The notes under the pieces: model-generated | Seen by the model: the letters and a program-made list of their open reading frames with translations, nothing else | What the model was told of the DNA's origin: nothing | Database searches by the model: none | In this document: positions 61,120 through 64,000 of the stretch, in pieces | How the letters are laid out: each line of letters starts with the position of its first letter | How positions within the stretch are numbered: position 1 is the first letter of the stretch | Made by a program: the position numbers and the translations under genes | From: Podarcis erhardii | Taxonomy: Eukaryota | NCBI GenBank assembly: GCA_964252035.1 | Contig: OZ176204.1 | Strand: one strand, 5' to 3' | DNA: 64,000 bases

Positions 61120-61666
61120 CCGTATTTTTCGCCCCATAGGACGCACTTTTTGCCCTCCAAAAATGAAGGGGAAATCTGGGTGCGTCCTATGGGGCGAATG
61201 CAGGCTTTCGCTGAAGCTTGGAGAGCGAGAGGGGTCGGTGCACACCAACCCCTCTCGCTCTCCAGGCTTCAGGAAGACATCCGCAGCCTAGGCAGCCTTG
61301 CGGGAGTTCCCGCAGGGCTGTCTAGGCTGCGGATAGCAGCCTGCTTCCCGGAGCGCCGGGCGCGCCGAAAGCAGACCGCCCGGCGCTTCGGAAACACATC
61401 CGCAGCCTAGGCAGCCCTGCGGGAGTTCCTGCAGGGCTCCCCACGCTGCGGATAGCAGCCTGGCGCCCGGCGCGTCCTGAAGCAGAGCGCCCCTCGCGCC
61501 GGGCAGACATCGGCCAGCCCCACAAGCTCGGGGGACAGCGGGGAGGCGCAGCGCCACCATCCCGCTGTTTCCCGACCTGGTTTTGGGGGAGAAATAAAGG
61601 AAAACATTTTTTCCTTTATTTCCCCCCCCAAAAAACTAGGTCTGTCCTATGGGACGAAAAATACGG
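61120..61666. mobile_element. TA-flanked MITE, family C, GC/CpG-rich
   Basis: TIR CCGTATTTTTCGCCCCATAGGAC / GTCCTATGGGACGAAAAATACGG with TA on both sides. Confidence 0.92.
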
Positions 61667-61932
61667 TACTTTGCATTTGTGTATAGTGGATGTCCCTTAA
61701 GACACCAAGGAATGATTTTTTCTTTTTCAGATTAAAGAAAGTGACTTATGTTTTAAGTTATGAGGAATTACACAACACAGCAAAGCACTTGATTATATGC
61801 ATATTCAGATACCAATTTGTATTAGGTTCAAGCCTTGGATTAAAGTGCTCCTCCCTTCTCTCCAGCCCTGCTCTAATATGCATAAAATGAGAAGATTGGA
61901 TTCTGGTTTAAACTATCTATAGTTTGCTAGTA

Positions 61933-62174
61933 CAGTGGTAGCTTGGGTTAAGTACTTAATTCGTTCCGGAGGTCCGTTCTTAACCTGAAACTGTTCTTAA
62001 CCTGAAGCACCACTTTAGCTAATGGGGCGTCCTGCTGCCGCTGCGCCACCGCTGCACGATTTCTGTTCTCATCCTGAAGCAAAGTTCTTAACCTGAGGTA
62101 ATATTTCTGGGTTAGCGGAGTCTGTAACCTGAAGTGTATGTAACCTGAAGCGTATGTAACCCGAGGTACCACTG
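61933..62174. mobile_element. Family A MITE
   Basis: TA-CAGTGGTAGC ... GGTACCACTG-TA. Confidence 0.92.
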
Positions 62175-62771
62175 TATGTTGAACTAGGAACTCTCTAAAC
62201 TGATCTGTGTGTAACACAGTCCCTTCTTACCTGCTGTATATGCTATTCATGAAGGGGTTTCATGGCTACAAATGTAGCAACATAAGAGGACACCTAAAAA
62301 TTATTACTTGTAAATCCCATTGTGTTCAGAAGGACTGTGGATTTTAATATTTATCATTTAAATTATAATTTTCTAATGGCTTTGGATTTTGTATTTTTAA
62401 TTGTGAGTCACCTTGAGCAATTATTTGGATAGGCAGAAAATAAATATATCAAATAAAGGAGAAAGAAAACAGAAATACAGAATTCAAGTATAAAATATTA
62501 TGTCCTCCTGCAGTGTATTCTGCTGAAGCTTACTGTATTTGTGGGGGGGTAGAAGGCAACCACTTAGCCTATAAACAGATTTTCAAAATTCCATTTCTAA
62601 AGTTTCTGATAATAATTAACTTGTAATTTCACAGCTTAAACAATGGGGCAGGGAACAATATTTTTTTGCATGTTTCAAATATGTGTTAAAAACTCCCTAG
62701 ATTAACTTGCATACTTTGAATACCCTGGAAAATTCTCTCAGTCTAAGATTTCCCAAGCCATAGCAGACATA

Positions 62772-63012
62772 CAGTGGTACCTCGGTTTAGAACTTAATTC
62801 GTTCCGGAGGTACGTTCTTAACCTGAAACTGTTCTTAACCTGAAGCACCACTTTACCTAATGGGGCCTCCTGCTGCCTCTGCGCTGCCGGAGCACAATTT
62901 CTGTTCTCATCCTGAAGCAAAATTCTTAACCCGAGGTACTATTTCTGGGTTAGCGGAGTCTGTAGCCTCGAGCATTTGTAACCTGAAGCGTATGAAACCT
63001 GAGGTACCACTG
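62772..63012. mobile_element. Family A MITE
   Basis: TA-CAGTGGTACC ... GGTACCACTG-TA. Confidence 0.92.
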
Positions 63013-63167
63013 TATTTAGAATGAAGCATACCAATATCAATTCCAGTTGAGTATCATTCCAGGGCAACTGCTTTGTATTTGAGTGCATCTCTCTAAACCT
63101 CAATGATCAATGAGATAACAATAGTGGAATATTCCACTTTTCCTACATTAATGAAGTATAAGACTTA

Positions 63168-63797
63168 CAGTGGTAACTTGGTTCTCAAACGCCGAAAATC
63201 CGGAAGTGTTCCAGTTTTCAAACGTTTTTCGGAGGCCGAATGTTCAAAGCAGCTGTCAGCTATTGTTTCTGGGGCACCTGCACTAATCAGAAGCTGTACC
63301 TTGGTTTTTGAACATTTTGGAAGTCAAACAGATTCCTGGAACAGATTATGTTTGGTGCTTTTGTTTTTACTATTTATTTTGCGTTTTTGAGGCTTTCTCG
63401 GTTAATTTGTTTTTGTGACTGTGTAGAACCCAGTTCAGCTACTGATTGATTGATTGATTGTGTGACTGTGGTAATGGATAAAAGCCCCCCCATTCAAAAA
63501 TGACTATCATGAGTGCAGGTAACAAAATAATAATTTTTATTTTTATCATCTACAATACTGTCTTATTTATTTTATAGTGCAGTACATTGATTATTGCCTG
63601 CATTTTATGCATGAATGCTCTCATTAGATAGTAAAATTCATGTTAAATTGCTGTTTGAGGGGTTGTTTTTAAAAGTCTGGAACGGATTAATCTGTTTTGC
63701 ATTACTTTCTATGGGAAAGTGTGCCTTGGTTTTGGAACACTTTGGTTTTGGAATGGACTTCCGGAACGGATTAAGTTTGAGAACCAAGATACCACTG
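63168..63797. mobile_element. Tigger/pogo-like non-autonomous element, family D (630 bp)
   Basis: TA flanks; TIR CAGTGGTAACTTGGTTCTCAAAC / GTTTGAGAACCAAGATACCACTG. Confidence 0.9.
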
Positions 63798-63835
63798 TAT
63801 AGAAATTCCCATTTTCTGTTTATTCAGAAACCAAC

Positions 63836-63931
63836 CTGTTCTTCTTCTGTAAAAGGTACTAGTGCCAAGGGTGGTAAGGGCTCCTCCTGTAGAATAGGCA
63901 GAAACTCCTTATCAAGAAGGTCTGACGGTAT
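63836..63931 (-). CDS. GIGYF2: GIGYF2 exon (first in window)
   Basis: IPSDLLDKEFLPILQEEPLPPLALVPFTEEEQ, 96 nt. The start codon and canonical 4EHP-binding motif exons lie beyond position 64000. Confidence 0.97.
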
Positions 63932-64000
63932 CTGCAAGGGAAGAGAGAATGTAGCAAAATACATTGACCCTCAAAACATAAATGCCATGGACAATACCAA

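Noticed and set aside
61012-61631. GC-rich overlapping ORFs and apparent CpG island
   Set aside because: They lie within a TIR-bounded, TA-flanked MITE with no transposase similarity.
12126-63835. Intronic snoRNAs
   Set aside because: No convincing paired C/D or H/ACA box arrangement seen by eye; a covariance-model scan would be needed to exclude them.

Overview
Vertebrate (squamate, probably lacertid lizard, inferred from the repeat families) genomic DNA. The minus strand carries 25 coding exons of GIGYF2 (63931 down to the stop at 12058). Splice phases join them into 3681 nt (1226 aa plus stop); the N-terminal exons lie beyond the right edge. The 3' UTR runs to tandem AATAAA signals near 10440-10466. 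KCNJ13 (Kir7.1, two coding exons, 365 aa) is nested on the plus strand inside the 22 kb GIGYF2 intron (34164-56487). The first coding exon of SNORC is at 6249-6321 (minus). Repeats include L1, L2 and CR1 fragments, a decayed DIRS tyrosine-recombinase retrotransposon, a tRNA-Asn/CR1 SINE, many TA-flanked Tc1/mariner-pogo MITEs and hAT-like MITEs. There is also a Penelope-type perfect inverted repeat with a hammerhead-ribozyme-like core. The least-explained signal is a cluster of exon-like segments at 38.8-42.5 kb on the GIGYF2 strand. These could give short or N-terminally truncated GIGYF2 isoforms; this is sequence-only inference and needs RNA evidence.
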